A stretch of DNA of 63,968 nucleotides, filler included, from 9 parts of 9 records of this genome joined end to end with filler, not necessarily neighbours in it; one strand, 5' to 3'. Shown: positions 18,488 to 28,529, counted from the whole stretch's first letter. Program-made: numbers and translations. The notes: generated from the letters alone by a model not told the origin.

Positions 18488-19060
18488 ATGGAACTAAATA
18501 AAATTGACTTTCATGAGTTCATAGAAAGTTTAACGGAAATATTGGACGTAAAAGATACATATACAAGAGGTCACTCTACCAGAGTGGCAGATTTTGCTTC
18601 GGAAATAGGAAAAGAGATGAAATTAATTCCAGAAGAGCTAGAAGAGTTACATATAACCGGACATCTTCATGATCTGGGAAAAGTTGGAATTTCGGATTTA
18701 ATTCTTCAAAAGGAAGGAAAACTTACTAATGAAGAGTATGAAAGAATAAAAGAGCATAGTGTTTTGGGGTATAATATATTAGTCAAGGTTACTCATCTTA
18801 AAAAGCTGGCTAAATACGTAAGACACCATCATGAAAGATGGGATGGAAAAGGTTATCCTGATAAATTAAAAGGAAAGGAAATTCCATTTCAATCAAGAAT
18901 AATTAGTGTAGCGGATGCGTATGATGCTATGACATCCAAAAGATCATATAGAAATAGTATGTCAAAAGAATATGCTATAAGTGAGTTAATAAAAAATAAG
19001 TGGACACAGTTTGACGGTGATGTTGTTGATGTATTTATTAAAATATTAAATTCTGATTAA
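18488..19060 (+). CDS. Stand-alone HD-GYP domain protein (cyclic dinucleotide phosphodiesterase)
   Basis: YTRGHSTRV, LHDLGK, HHHERWDGKGYP, VADAYDAMTSKRSYR. Confidence 0.93.
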   Translation: MELNKIDFHEFIESLTEILDVKDTYTRGHSTRVADFASEIGKEMKLIPEELEELHITGHLHDLGKVGISDLILQKEGKLTNEEYERIKEHSVLGYNILVKVTHLKKLAKYVRHHHERWDGKGYPDKLKGKEIPFQSRIISVADAYDAMTSKRSYRNSMSKEYAISELIKNKWTQFDGDVVDVFIKILNSD

Positions 19061-19083
19061 TTTTATAATTTAAGGAGGATGAT

Positions 19084-20487
19084 ATGAAAAAGATAATGAT
19101 TTCAATATTCCTAATCGTTTCAGTAATCACTTCAGCCAAATTTGCGAGAGAAACAGGTTATGGATATGATGAAAAAGAAGCAAAGAAGGAAGCACTTTCA
19201 TTTCTAACCCAAAGTATCGCAGTTGATGTAAAAAGTAGTTTTCAGAAAAAAATTACCCAATCTGAAAAAGAGACAGATATTGAAAAAGAAAATATAATTA
19301 ATGTTAAATCTAATCTTCCTATGTTAGGTGTAATCTTTACTTCGTTTAAAATAGACAATGAATTTATGATTGACGCTGAACTAAACGAAGGATCTATTCC
19401 ACTATATGAAGCTGAAATGAATAGAATAAGCAAAGAGATAGAAGGGTTAGAAAAAGTAGCATTTTCTGATGCTGAAAAACATGAAAGAATAAGATCACTT
19501 GAATTATTACTTACAAGAGCAGAGGAGTATAATAAATATTATTTAGTTTTATCATTTCTAAAGGATGATAAAACTATTGAGTATATTTTCTATAACAGTA
19601 GTAAATACGAGCTTGACCTACGTAAACTAAAAAAAATATACGACTCTATTGATTTAGCTGTTGCGGATAATTTTACTGATTTGGAAGAAGAAGATATATA
19701 TGTTTATCCCATAACAGAGGAAAATTCAAGTGAAATCACTGAATTTGCAGGAGTACTGAAGGGAAAAGTTGAAGCTGAAATTTACTCCAGCTCATCGCCG
19801 GAGTATGCTAACTATATAATGAGAGGTCAGTATACAGTTCTGGATCAAGGAATTGCAGTTAATTATAAAATATATAATTTGTCAGGGAAGACAATAAAAT
19901 CATTTTTTATTATGTTGGAACCTGAAGCATATAGTGGACTTAAATACAAGTCAACAACAGCTGATTTTGATAAACTGTTAAAAAGCGGTGTTGTTGTTTC
20001 AAGTGATTTTAAAGTTGATATAAACAGTTCAAGAGGAAAAATCGATCTGTTATTTGAAGAGGGAGAATTATTTAATATTGTAGTTAAAGTTAATAAACCT
20101 TCATATTTTTATATCATTGGACATACTTTAAAAGATGATGAGAAGTACTCATATTTAATTGATTTTAACGAAGCTTATGGTGATAGAAAATTTGTTACAT
20201 TTATTAGCGCTGATGATACTAATAAATGGATTGATCTTGGTGAATTCGAAGCAATCGCTCCTTTCGGAGTTGAAACTCTACAGGTTTTTGCTTCAACTAA
20301 AGATTTAGTGGACTCAGTTCCCAGAAATTACTATGATAATTACACCGGTTTATATAAACTAGGTAATGCTCCAAAGGAGAATCTAAAAATGGCGAGAGCT
20401 ATTATTCGAAAACGTAAAAAAACAAAAGAGATTACAGAATCATTTTTAATTTTTACAACTATGGAAAAAATCGATTCTGAAAATTAA
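19084..20487 (+). CDS. Exported protein with LPP20-like N-terminus and DUF4384-like C-terminus
   Basis: Signal peptide; EAKKEALSFLTQSIAVDVKS; VKVNKPSYFY...APFGVETLQVFAS. Confidence 0.55.
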   Translation: MKKIMISIFLIVSVITSAKFARETGYGYDEKEAKKEALSFLTQSIAVDVKSSFQKKITQSEKETDIEKENIINVKSNLPMLGVIFTSFKIDNEFMIDAELNEGSIPLYEAEMNRISKEIEGLEKVAFSDAEKHERIRSLELLLTRAEEYNKYYLVLSFLKDDKTIEYIFYNSSKYELDLRKLKKIYDSIDLAVADNFTDLEEEDIYVYPITEENSSEITEFAGVLKGKVEAEIYSSSSPEYANYIMRGQYTVLDQGIAVNYKIYNLSGKTIKSFFIMLEPEAYSGLKYKSTTADFDKLLKSGVVVSSDFKVDINSSRGKIDLLFEEGELFNIVVKVNKPSYFYIIGHTLKDDEKYSYLIDFNEAYGDRKFVTFISADDTNKWIDLGEFEAIAPFGVETLQVFASTKDLVDSVPRNYYDNYTGLYKLGNAPKENLKMARAIIRKRKKTKEITESFLIFTTMEKIDSEN

Positions 20488-20669
20488 AATTATATTAGAA
20501 GATTCTAAGAAATACTCTTTAATTTAAGCTTTTCTTTAATTTATTTTTAAGTCAAGAGAGGTATACTTATCTTGTAAATGAAAATACTTAATTAAGTTTG
20601 AGACCTTTTCATTTTTCATCATAAACCTCCTTTTTAAAGTAATTTAAAAAGTAAACTATCATCCTAACG

Positions 20670-20699
20670 AAAAAAGAGCGAATGAACCCGCTCTTTTTT
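20670..20699. terminator. Bidirectional terminator downstream of queH
   Basis: AAAAAAGAGCG-AATGAACC-CGCTCTTTTTT. Confidence 0.8.
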
Positions 20700-20721
20700 A
20701 CTTTATTTTTTGATTTTAATT

Positions 20722-21378
20722 TTACTTCATTTCTGCTTTTCTTCTATCCGATTCAGCTTTTGAAAATGAGCAACCACAATAATCTTGTCTGTATAAACCA
20801 TGTTCAATACTTAATTCCACTGATTTTTTATAGCCGTTTTTCTTTTTAAAATCACTTCTAAGCCATTTAATACCATATTTTTCTTCCAACTCAAAACCGA
20901 TTTCATTAAGTTTGTTAGAATTTTTAAGCGGACTAATCGTTAAACTAGTTGTAAAATATTCAAATCCTCGTTCTTTAGCTAGCTGAGCACTTTTTTCAAG
21001 TCTTAGGTAATAACACTCAAAACATCTCTCTCCACCTTCAGAGGCAGTTTCTAAGCCTCTTATTTTATCTAAGAAATCACTTGTATTAAATTCACCTTCT
21101 ATAAACTTTATTTCTGTTCCACTCTCAAGCTGATCTATTAGTTTTAGCTGTTCCTCTTTCCTAATCTCATACTCTCCCGGAATATTAATATTAGGATTAT
21201 AAAAATAAACTGTTATCTCAAAATAATTACTCAAATACTCTAATACATAACTGCTACACGGAGCACAGCAGCTGTGAAGTAGTAGCTTCGGTTTTTCACC
21301 TTTAAATGATTTAATTTCTTGCTCCATCTCTGCCTGATAATTTTTTTTCACCTGATTTTTATTACTCATTTTATTCAT
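20722..21378 (-). CDS. queH: Epoxyqueuosine reductase QueH
   Basis: LLLHSCCAPCS, FYNPNI, RCFECY, YRQDYCGCSFS. Confidence 0.92.
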   Translation of the reverse strand: MNKMSNKNQVKKNYQAEMEQEIKSFKGEKPKLLLHSCCAPCSSYVLEYLSNYFEITVYFYNPNINIPGEYEIRKEEQLKLIDQLESGTEIKFIEGEFNTSDFLDKIRGLETASEGGERCFECYYLRLEKSAQLAKERGFEYFTTSLTISPLKNSNKLNEIGFELEEKYGIKWLRSDFKKKNGYKKSVELSIEHGLYRQDYCGCSFSKAESDRRKAEMK

Positions 21379-21474
21379 CCTTTATAAATTATAATTTTTT
21401 TATTTTTTACTAATTTTAAAATAACAACGGCAAATTGAAAGCTATTTTCAAGCTTATCAATCTGCCGTATAATT

Positions 21475-22062
21475 TTAAAATCCGTTTTCACTTAAAGTTT
21501 TATTCCATTCAATAACTTTATCTTCATATTCCGCTAAAAGCCAAGAAACATCTCCGTTTATTTCGATATATTCAATAATATCTCCCTCTTCAATATCCTC
21601 TACTACTTTTGCATCATCTTTACTAACTATCTCTCCAAATACTGTATGTTTTTTATTTAAATTTTCAGCTGGATTCATTGTTATAAAGAACTGACTTCCA
21701 TTTGTTCCGGGTCCTGAATTTGCCATTGCTAACATACCGCTTTGGAAGAAATCTAACCAATCCGAATATTCATCCTTGAAACTATACCCCGGTCCTCCTG
21801 TTCCGTCTCCTTTTGGATCTCCACCTTGAATAACAAAATCTTCAACAACTCTATGGAAACTTAAGTTATTATAAAATCCTCTTTGTGCTAAATTAACAAA
21901 GTTAGCAACTGTTAGTGGTGCTCCGTCAGGATAAAGGAAAACATTTATTTCACCTTTATTAGTTTTTATAGACGCTCTTATATCATTTTTATTCGCTTTC
22001 TTGCTCGTATTCGAACAACCCATCATAACTATTAGCAACAACAGTAATAGTATTTTTTTCAT
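21475..22062 (-). CDS. Cyclophilin-type peptidyl-prolyl isomerase, lipoprotein
   Basis: Lipobox [36 protein letters not shown]. Confidence 0.95.
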   Translation of the reverse strand: MKKILLLLLLIVMMGCSNTSKKANKNDIRASIKTNKGEINVFLYPDGAPLTVANFVNLAQRGFYNNLSFHRVVEDFVIQGGDPKGDGTGGPGYSFKDEYSDWLDFFQSGMLAMANSGPGTNGSQFFITMNPAENLNKKHTVFGEIVSKDDAKVVEDIEEGDIIEYIEINGDVSWLLAEYEDKVIEWNKTLSENGF

Positions 22063-22193
22063 ATTTGTATATCCTCCTGTTAAATTATTACTTGCATTTT
22101 TACGAAGTTCATTACAATTATACTATAAACAGAAGAAAAATTGAAGTTTGCTTTTAAATATTGTTTAGTATATAATGAATATGGCGATAATTA

Positions 22194-22293
22194 NNNNNNN
22201 NNNNNNNNNNNNNNNNNNNNNNNNNNNNNNNNNNNNNTTAATTAATTAANNNNNNNNNNNNNNNNNNNNNNNNNNNNNNNNNNNNNNNNNNNN
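22194..22293. other. Artificial contig spacer
   Basis: N-run + TTAATTAATTAA + N-run. Confidence 0.99.
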
Positions 22294-22404
22294 TTCTACG
22301 AAACCGGGAAAGAAAAGCAACATCCTTATAATCCCAAAGATCAGATGTCTGAATCCCTTTTCGATATTGAATTTAAACTTCTTAAGCACTTTCTTCATTT
22401 GCAT
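22294..22404 (-). CDS. 5' fragment of the next gene in the glycan operon (unknown product)
   Basis: ATG 3 nt after the licD stop, open to the contig end: MQMKKVLKKFKFNIEKGFRHLIFGIIRMLLFFPGFVE. Confidence 0.5.
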
Positions 22405-22407
22405 TTC

Positions 22408-23085
22408 CTATATATTTTTGACAATCGATTTATCGTCTGAGATATTGCTATACTCTTTTTGAGTGGTTCTCCAGTCCCCGTAACGGTAGCTTAGATAGCC
22501 GTCGTAATCCTCTGGAATCGAAAGAGACATCCCTTCAAAATCAACCCTGGTTAAATGGTCCGTATACTTTGCAGGAGTCGATTTTAAAACCTTGTTGCTT
22601 ACAGTCCAGTACATGGCGTCTTCATGCCTCGGTTTGACAAAAAGATCTACCTGCACAAAGCCGGGCAGGATGAACAGGCGCCGGCTTTGTACTTTTATCA
22701 AGCGGATTGCCCCCTTTTTTAAAGGGAATATATCTTCATTGTTTCTTACGAACTCGAGTCTGTAGCCGTATCTGTAACGGAACTTCCTTATCTTCTTCGC
22801 TATTTTCTCAAGGTCTTCCGCTTTCATCGTGAGGTCGACATCATGATCCCAGGGGAGCAGGCGGTTTTCCCTCATGACTCCCAGGAGGGTCCCCCCCTCC
22901 AGCCAGTATTCTGCCCCGTTCTCATCTAGGAATTCCGTTATCATCCCCGTCAGCTTCAGGGTTCTTTTCAGGAGTTTCCCTTCCAGCGGTTTCCGGGTTA
23001 ACCTGAGCCAGGCAGCCGCCAGCTTATGGGGGAAACTGACGGTTCTGTCATCTTTCAGGGCCTCTTTCCATATCTTCCCAATCAT
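22408..23085 (-). CDS. LicD-family phosphotransferase
   Basis: YWLEGGTLLGVMRE...PWDHDVD, QVDLF, YLSYRYGDW. Confidence 0.9.
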   Translation of the reverse strand: MIGKIWKEALKDDRTVSFPHKLAAAWLRLTRKPLEGKLLKRTLKLTGMITEFLDENGAEYWLEGGTLLGVMRENRLLPWDHDVDLTMKAEDLEKIAKKIRKFRYRYGYRLEFVRNNEDIFPLKKGAIRLIKVQSRRLFILPGFVQVDLFVKPRHEDAMYWTVSNKVLKSTPAKYTDHLTRVDFEGMSLSIPEDYDGYLSYRYGDWRTTQKEYSNISDDKSIVKNI

Positions 23086-24293
23086 CAGATTTTCCCCTTT
23101 TCCTGAAGCAAGGAAATTATCTTTTCCGCATTCAAGCGGCAGTTGTCCCTGTTGATAGGATTGAAGTACTGATTCATCTTTACCCGCTCTTCCTTGTAGT
23201 AATTGTCTTCAAACAGCAGTTTGCCCATCTCCTGGATAAAGTCAGACTGACTGTAGATCTTAGGCCCGGGTGTATGCTCTTCAAAGGAGACGGAGAAGCC
23301 TACGCGCCTCTCGTACTCTTCAAGGTCATAGGGAATAAAGGCCATCGGCCTTTCCGTAATGAGCCAGTCGATAAACATGCTGGAATAGTCGGTGATCAGC
23401 AGATCGAAAACCGTCAGGGCTTCCATGATCTCGGGAATCTTGGCCGCATCCAGCATTCTGATCCTCTTGATTTTCTGAATCTCGGGAGGAAGAAGTCCCA
23501 GGTAGGAGGGGTGGGGACGGAGGAATATGACGATCTTATTCACTTCAAGAAAGGCTTCCAGAGCGGCGGGATCCATATCCTCAAAGGGGAAGAAGGTCGT
23601 TTCCGCATAGGCCCTCCAAGTGGGAGCGTAGAGGATACTCTTGTCACACTCGGGCAGTTCGGGATCGACGGCCCTGATCAGATCGATAGATTTATCGATG
23701 TGCATCAAATCGTTTCTAGGCAGCCCGTTCACAACGATCTTTGACTCAGGGACATCGATGTATCCCGCCATGACGGGGATGAAGTCTTCGTTGTTGGAAA
23801 GCAGGTAGGAAAAATTGGTTTTTATCAGCTGGATGTAGATCTTCTTCACAAGGCTCATCTCGTTTTCGTTGTTTCCGAAATGCTTGAAAGGAACCCCGTG
23901 ACCCACATGATAGACCATCCTTCTGAAAGAGAGGAACAGGCCCGAGACGGGTGTTTCCAGAGAAGAGGGAACCCAAACACCCGCCTTCAGGGCATGGAAC
24001 TTGCCCTTCAGCGTATTCGTTTCTGTGAAGTGGGGACCGTATTCATCGATGAGCTCTTTTCTGGCGTCATCGTCGTTGATGACGAACTCGACCTTCCAGT
24101 CTTTATGATTTTCCAGGAAGTAGAGAAACAGGTAGCGGGAATTGAACTGGAATTTCGTTGTATAGGAGGAACAGAATACGATGTGTTTGTAATCCCTTTT
24201 CGTAAACAGTGTCAGAAAAGAGGGGATCAGTCCTCTCAGGATCAGCAGGAACCTGAAGAAATTGTATTTTTTCTGCTTTGAGTTTTCAGCCAT
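23085..24293 (-). CDS. CDP-glycerol glycerophosphotransferase family protein (TagF/TagB-like)
   Basis: HVGHGVPFK, GLPRND, ILYAPTWR, RPHP, LLITDYSS. Confidence 0.92.
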   Translation of the reverse strand: MAENSKQKKYNFFRFLLILRGLIPSFLTLFTKRDYKHIVFCSSYTTKFQFNSRYLFLYFLENHKDWKVEFVINDDDARKELIDEYGPHFTETNTLKGKFHALKAGVWVPSSLETPVSGLFLSFRRMVYHVGHGVPFKHFGNNENEMSLVKKIYIQLIKTNFSYLLSNNEDFIPVMAGYIDVPESKIVVNGLPRNDLMHIDKSIDLIRAVDPELPECDKSILYAPTWRAYAETTFFPFEDMDPAALEAFLEVNKIVIFLRPHPSYLGLLPPEIQKIKRIRMLDAAKIPEIMEALTVFDLLITDYSSMFIDWLITERPMAFIPYDLEEYERRVGFSVSFEEHTPGPKIYSQSDFIQEMGKLLFEDNYYKEERVKMNQYFNPINRDNCRLNAEKIISLLQEKGKI

Positions 24294-24363
24294 TGATATG
24301 CCTTATGTAAGTATGGGATGAGTCAACGCCATGGATTTCGTGTTGACCGTTGTGTGAGCACTG

Positions 24364-24750
24364 CTAATCTTTGAGGTCATTCTTTATCTGGGTAGTGGAA
24401 ATTCCATCTGTCCTTGGAAGGTAAACCACTTCGCAGTGTTCCTTCAGGAAGTCGAATTCCCCCTTCCAATCGTCTCCGATAACAAAGGTATCCACCTGAT
24501 ACTCTTTGATATCATCCACTTTCTGTTCCCAGGAAGATTCGGGAATCACAAGGTCAACGTAGCGGATGGACTCGAGGACCAGTTTCCTCTCTTCATAGCT
24601 GTGATAGGATTCCTTATGCTTGATCCTGTTGAAATTGTCATCAGACAGGGCGACAATGAGGTAATCTCCCATCTCTTTCGCCCTCTTGAGCAGATTTACA
24701 TGGCCCCAGTGGAGAAGGTCATAGGTACCGTAGGTAATTACTCTTTTCAT
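24364..24750 (-). CDS. tagD: Glycerol-3-phosphate cytidylyltransferase
   Basis: VITYGTYDLLHWGH, GDDWKGEFDFL, RTDGISTT; closely matches the B. subtilis TagD pattern. Confidence 0.93.
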   Translation of the reverse strand: MKRVITYGTYDLLHWGHVNLLKRAKEMGDYLIVALSDDNFNRIKHKESYHSYEERKLVLESIRYVDLVIPESSWEQKVDDIKEYQVDTFVIGDDWKGEFDFLKEHCEVVYLPRTDGISTTQIKNDLKD

Positions 24751-25175
24751 TTTACGTCGTTGTACATCTTATCGAGAATTGTTCTGAGTTTGGTGCTGGA
24801 CGTCTGCTTCGTATAGGGGAAATAATGGATCTTCACCCCTTTCTCTGCAAATTCGGCTTCAAGCTTGTTCCATTTCTCTGTACCTTTCCAGTCATCTCCC
24901 ACAAACATAATGTTGAACTTGAGATTATTCCAGGCTTCCATCTTGTCGTAGGATGTCTGGGGGACGACCATATCCACGTACTCTATGCTTTCCACAATAG
25001 CCATTCTTTCCTGAAAAGGGATGACAGGTGTTTTACCTTTTTCGTTCTGGGAAAGGGTATCTGTCGTCACGCCTACAATAAGGTAATCGCATTCCAGTTT
25101 CGCATTTCGGAGGATATTCAAATGTCCGATATGAAAAAGATCATATACTCCGGTTGTATAACCGATTTTAACCAC
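24747..25175 (-). CDS. Second TagD-like cytidylyltransferase
   Basis: GYTTGVYDLFHIGH, FVGDDWKG, FPYTKQTSST; GTG start. Confidence 0.88.
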   Translation of the reverse strand: MVKIGYTTGVYDLFHIGHLNILRNAKLECDYLIVGVTTDTLSQNEKGKTPVIPFQERMAIVESIEYVDMVVPQTSYDKMEAWNNLKFNIMFVGDDWKGTEKWNKLEAEFAEKGVKIHYFPYTKQTSSTKLRTILDKMYNDVK

Positions 25176-25350
25176 AGTTATCTCCCTCTGTTATTTTTCC
25201 CAGTATTATATCCCCTTCAAGATTTGAAATCAATTCTAATGCGGTCGGAGAAGAGCGATTCCTTTTTCGTCTTTCGGTTTGCCGATTTCCCGGGTATAGT
25301 GAGGAAGGCCCTGCGGTCATTGAATCTGGTTTTAGGTAAAGGAGCGTTCT

Positions 25351-26010
25351 TTGGATATCCGGATCAATCTAGTGGAAGATGAGGATTCGCTGAGGAATAT
25401 CCTCCGTTCCTATCTGGAGAGGGAGGGGTATCTTGTGGAGGCATTCTCAGACGGGGAGGCCGCCCTGCCAGCCCTGGGGAAGGGCTGTGACCTGTGGATA
25501 CTGGATATCAATCTGCCCGGGATGGACGGCTTTGAGCTTTTCAGTCGGATCAGGGACGGGGAAGGGGAGGTCCCTGTCATCTATATCTCCGCCAGAGACC
25601 GGGATGTCGATCGTGTCGTCGGTCTGGAGCTGGGCGCTGAGGACTATCTGGCCAAGCCCTTTCTGCCCCGGGAGCTTATGCTCCGGGTGGACCGGATTCT
25701 AAAGCGTTCCCATGCCAGGGCGAAGCCCCGGCCTCTGGAATTGGCAGGTTACAGCCTTTCGGCGGAAAACAGAACGGTTTTCAGGGAACGGGAGAGGGTC
25801 GAACTGAGTTCTAAGGAATTCGATATCCTTCTTCTTCTTTGCCAAAACAGGGGAAGGGCATTCGAGCGGCAGGAGCTAATAGACAGGGTGTGGGGCGAAG
25901 GCTATGCCGCTTCTCCCCGCGTCGTGGACGATCTGATCCGCCGGCTGAGAAGCAAGATGAAGGAACTCCCCCTTGAATCGATCTACGGCTTCGGCTACAG
26001 GATGAACTGA
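25351..26010 (+). CDS. OmpR-family response regulator, CssR-like
   Basis: LVEDE, LWILDI, ISARD...DRVVGLELG, KPFLPREL, RVVDDLIRRLRSKM, IYGFGYRM. Confidence 0.9.
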   Translation: MDIRINLVEDEDSLRNILRSYLEREGYLVEAFSDGEAALPALGKGCDLWILDINLPGMDGFELFSRIRDGEGEVPVIYISARDRDVDRVVGLELGAEDYLAKPFLPRELMLRVDRILKRSHARAKPRPLELAGYSLSAENRTVFRERERVELSSKEFDILLLLCQNRGRAFERQELIDRVWGEGYAASPRVVDDLIRRLRSKMKELPLESIYGFGYRMN

Positions 26011-26012
26011 TA

Positions 26013-27326
26013 ATGAGATTTCCCCGTTTTACCCTGCGAATCTGGGTATTCTTTTCTGCCGCTCTGGTCCTTTATTCCCTGATTCAGGCGGCCGTCTTTC
26101 TCTACCAGTTCGGTTCGGAGCCAGACAGGGAGCTGATCAGGGAGTACGCCATGAGCCAGGGAGTGCTGGTCTGGAGCCGGGCGCAGGAGGATGAGATCCG
26201 CCATCAGTTGGGAGAGCTTTATTTTCCGGATGGGTTGATACAAGAGATCTTCGTGAATCTGGAAGACCTGGAGGCGCAGAGCGCTTCGGGAGGCTCGGAG
26301 CGTTCCTACAGCTGGAGCGATGAACTGGAGCGTGTGGACTATGTGTTGGAGATCCGGGGCGGAAGGACCGGCCTGGCGACCCTGTCCTATCTCTGGGGAG
26401 CCTCCTATCAGCTGAAGTATATCCTCGTCGATTCGCTGACATCCTCCCTTCTGGCGCTGTTGATTATGCTGATTCCCGCCTTTCTTGTGGCCCGGGGCAT
26501 AGCGGCACCTCTGCTGACGCTGGAGGATCACGCCCTGAGGATCGCCGGCCGGGATCTGTCTGTCCCGATCGTTTTGAAGAGGAGGGATGAGATTGGAGAT
26601 CTGGGTCGTTCCCTTGAGAGGATGCGGCTGCAGCTTCGAGAAAATGATGATGCCCAGCAGCGTTTCTTTCAGTCGATCAGTCATGAGATGAAAACCCCCG
26701 TCATGGTGATCCGCTCCCATGTCCAGGCCATAGAGGACGGTATCGGCGATGCGGAAGAGAACCTGGGGATTATCGATGGGGAGGCGCTGAAGCTGGGAAA
26801 GAGGGTTGCCAAGCTGGTTTCATTGTCTAAGATCGGCTACCTGGCCTCCCATGGGGAGAAAGAGGCTCTGGACCTCGTCTTTCTGATCCGGGAGACGGGA
26901 CGGAGGCTTCTGCCGGCCGCAGAGGCTTCGATTGCGCATCCCCGCGGCGAGGCGATCCCTGGTAAAGAGATTCACTGGGAGATCCGCGGTGAGGCTCCGG
27001 AGCTGGTATTGAACCGGGATCTCTTTGTTATCTTACTTGAGAATCTGCTGGATAATCAGATTCGTTACGCCAGAAGCCTGATCTTTGTAGACCTGATGCG
27101 TGAGGGCGATACGCTGGAGATCGGGATCGGCAACGACGGTCCTCCCTTCAGGGAGGGAGAGGAAGAGAAGGTATTCAAACTCTTCTATAAGGGGGAGAGG
27201 GGGTGTTCCGGTCTCGGCCTGACCATTGCACGGGATATCTGTGTCTCCTGGGGCGGAACGGCTCGGGCGGAAAACAGCTCCCGTGGCCCCCGTTTTCTGA
27301 TATCTCTTCCTATTGCGGAATGCTAG
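26013..27326 (+). CDS. HAMP sensor histidine kinase, CssS-like
   Basis: Two TM segments, RRDEIGDL, SISHEMKTPVMVI, ENLLDNQIRYA, GLGL. Confidence 0.92.
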   Translation: MRFPRFTLRIWVFFSAALVLYSLIQAAVFLYQFGSEPDRELIREYAMSQGVLVWSRAQEDEIRHQLGELYFPDGLIQEIFVNLEDLEAQSASGGSERSYSWSDELERVDYVLEIRGGRTGLATLSYLWGASYQLKYILVDSLTSSLLALLIMLIPAFLVARGIAAPLLTLEDHALRIAGRDLSVPIVLKRRDEIGDLGRSLERMRLQLRENDDAQQRFFQSISHEMKTPVMVIRSHVQAIEDGIGDAEENLGIIDGEALKLGKRVAKLVSLSKIGYLASHGEKEALDLVFLIRETGRRLLPAAEASIAHPRGEAIPGKEIHWEIRGEAPELVLNRDLFVILLENLLDNQIRYARSLIFVDLMREGDTLEIGIGNDGPPFREGEEEKVFKLFYKGERGCSGLGLTIARDICVSWGGTARAENSSRGPRFLISLPIAEC

Positions 27327-27422
27327 AGCCAATCCCATAATTTCACACAGTCTGACGGGAATTGTTCCGTATTCCTCTCCTAGTATCTGAAAAAAAGATA
27401 TCAGGAGTATGTCAATGAAAGC

Positions 27423-27522
27423 NNNNNNNNNNNNNNNNNNNNNNNNNNNNNNNNNNNNNNNNNNNNTTAATTAATTAANNNNNNNNNNNNNNNNNNNNNN
27501 NNNNNNNNNNNNNNNNNNNNNN
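27423..27522. other. Artificial contig spacer
   Basis: N-run + TTAATTAATTAA + N-run. Confidence 0.99.
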
Positions 27523-27523
27523 T

Positions 27524-27673
27524 CCCAAGGTCTCCATCAACGAGGCAATCGATGTGGGAAAACGATTCGGCACGGAAGAATCAGGGGCTTTTATCAACGG
27601 GATTCTAGATAGTATCCGCCTGGCAATGGAGCGCAACCAAGTGGACATCGTTGCCAAAACCAACGATGGATAA
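27524..27673 (+). CDS. nusB: Transcription antitermination factor NusB, C-terminal fragment
   Basis: Manual translation [31 protein letters not shown]. Confidence 0.9.
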   Translation, partial: PKVSINEAIDVGKRFGTEESGAFINGILDSIRLAMERNQVDIVAKTNDG

Positions 27674-27688
27674 AAAAGGAGAGCAGTT

Positions 27689-28339
27689 GTGATTATCAAA
27701 AAATTGGCCGTTGGCCCCATTCAGGCGAATTGCTTCATTTTGGGATGCGAGGAGACGCGTCAAGCGGCGGTCATCGATCCCGGGGACGAGGCGGATCGAA
27801 TCTTGACCCTTCTGGCGGAAGATCAGTTGACTGTCTCCACCATCATCAACACCCACGGCCACTTCGATCATGTGGGAGCAAACAGACGACTCAAGGAAGT
27901 GACCGGTGCCGAACTTCTCATCCACACCATTGACGCCCCCATGCTCAATCAGTTGTCAGACATGGCGGGAGCATTCGGAATGAGAGTTGAAAATTCACCC
28001 TCGGCGGATCGATTGCTGGAAGACGGAGATACCGTGACCTTCGGAAATCATACCCTGAAGGTCCTTCATACACCCGGTCATACACCTGGAGGCATCTGTC
28101 TTTATTGCGAGTACCGGAAAGACGGTGCCGTAAAAAAAGCGGTCTTTGCAGGAGACACCCTTTTTGCCGGATCCATCGGCAGAACCGATTTCCCGGGCGG
28201 TGATTTCGATACCCTCATAAACGGTATTCGAACCAAACTTTTCTCCTTGGATGACGACGTCAACGTCTATCCGGGCCACATGAACGATACGACCATCGGT
28301 GTTGAAAAACGAACCAATCCATTTTGCGGGATGAGATAA
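27689..28339 (+). CDS. MBL-fold metallohydrolase (glyoxalase II/YcbL-like)
   Basis: THGHFDHVG, HTPGHTPG, GDTLFAGSIGRTD, YPGH. Confidence 0.92.
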   Translation: MIIKKLAVGPIQANCFILGCEETRQAAVIDPGDEADRILTLLAEDQLTVSTIINTHGHFDHVGANRRLKEVTGAELLIHTIDAPMLNQLSDMAGAFGMRVENSPSADRLLEDGDTVTFGNHTLKVLHTPGHTPGGICLYCEYRKDGAVKKAVFAGDTLFAGSIGRTDFPGGDFDTLINGIRTKLFSLDDDVNVYPGHMNDTTIGVEKRTNPFCGMR

Positions 28340-28368
28340 CGCCGCTTCCAACAAAAAAACAGACGAAA

Positions 28369-28433
28369 CCAATGCCAAATGAAGGACGAAACCATTGATC
28401 TGAATGGGACGTTCGTATCATTTGGCATTTTGG
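28369..28433. repeat. Intergenic inverted repeat
   Basis: AATGCCAAATGA (28371-28382) and TCATTTGGCATT (28418-28429), with inner ACGAA/TTCGT pairing. Confidence 0.7.
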
Positions 28434-28529
28434 TCCTGGCCGTTCCGCCAATTATTTTTCGTGCAACTCCCATAAAAAATTGATATTGATTTTATTCTGG
28501 CAAGTTTCAACGACCATCGGACAATCCCA

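Noticed and set aside
28362-28433. GACGAAACCA direct repeat as a mini-CRISPR
   Set aside because: Only two 10-bp copies 23 bp apart inside a hairpin; no spacers or cas genes.
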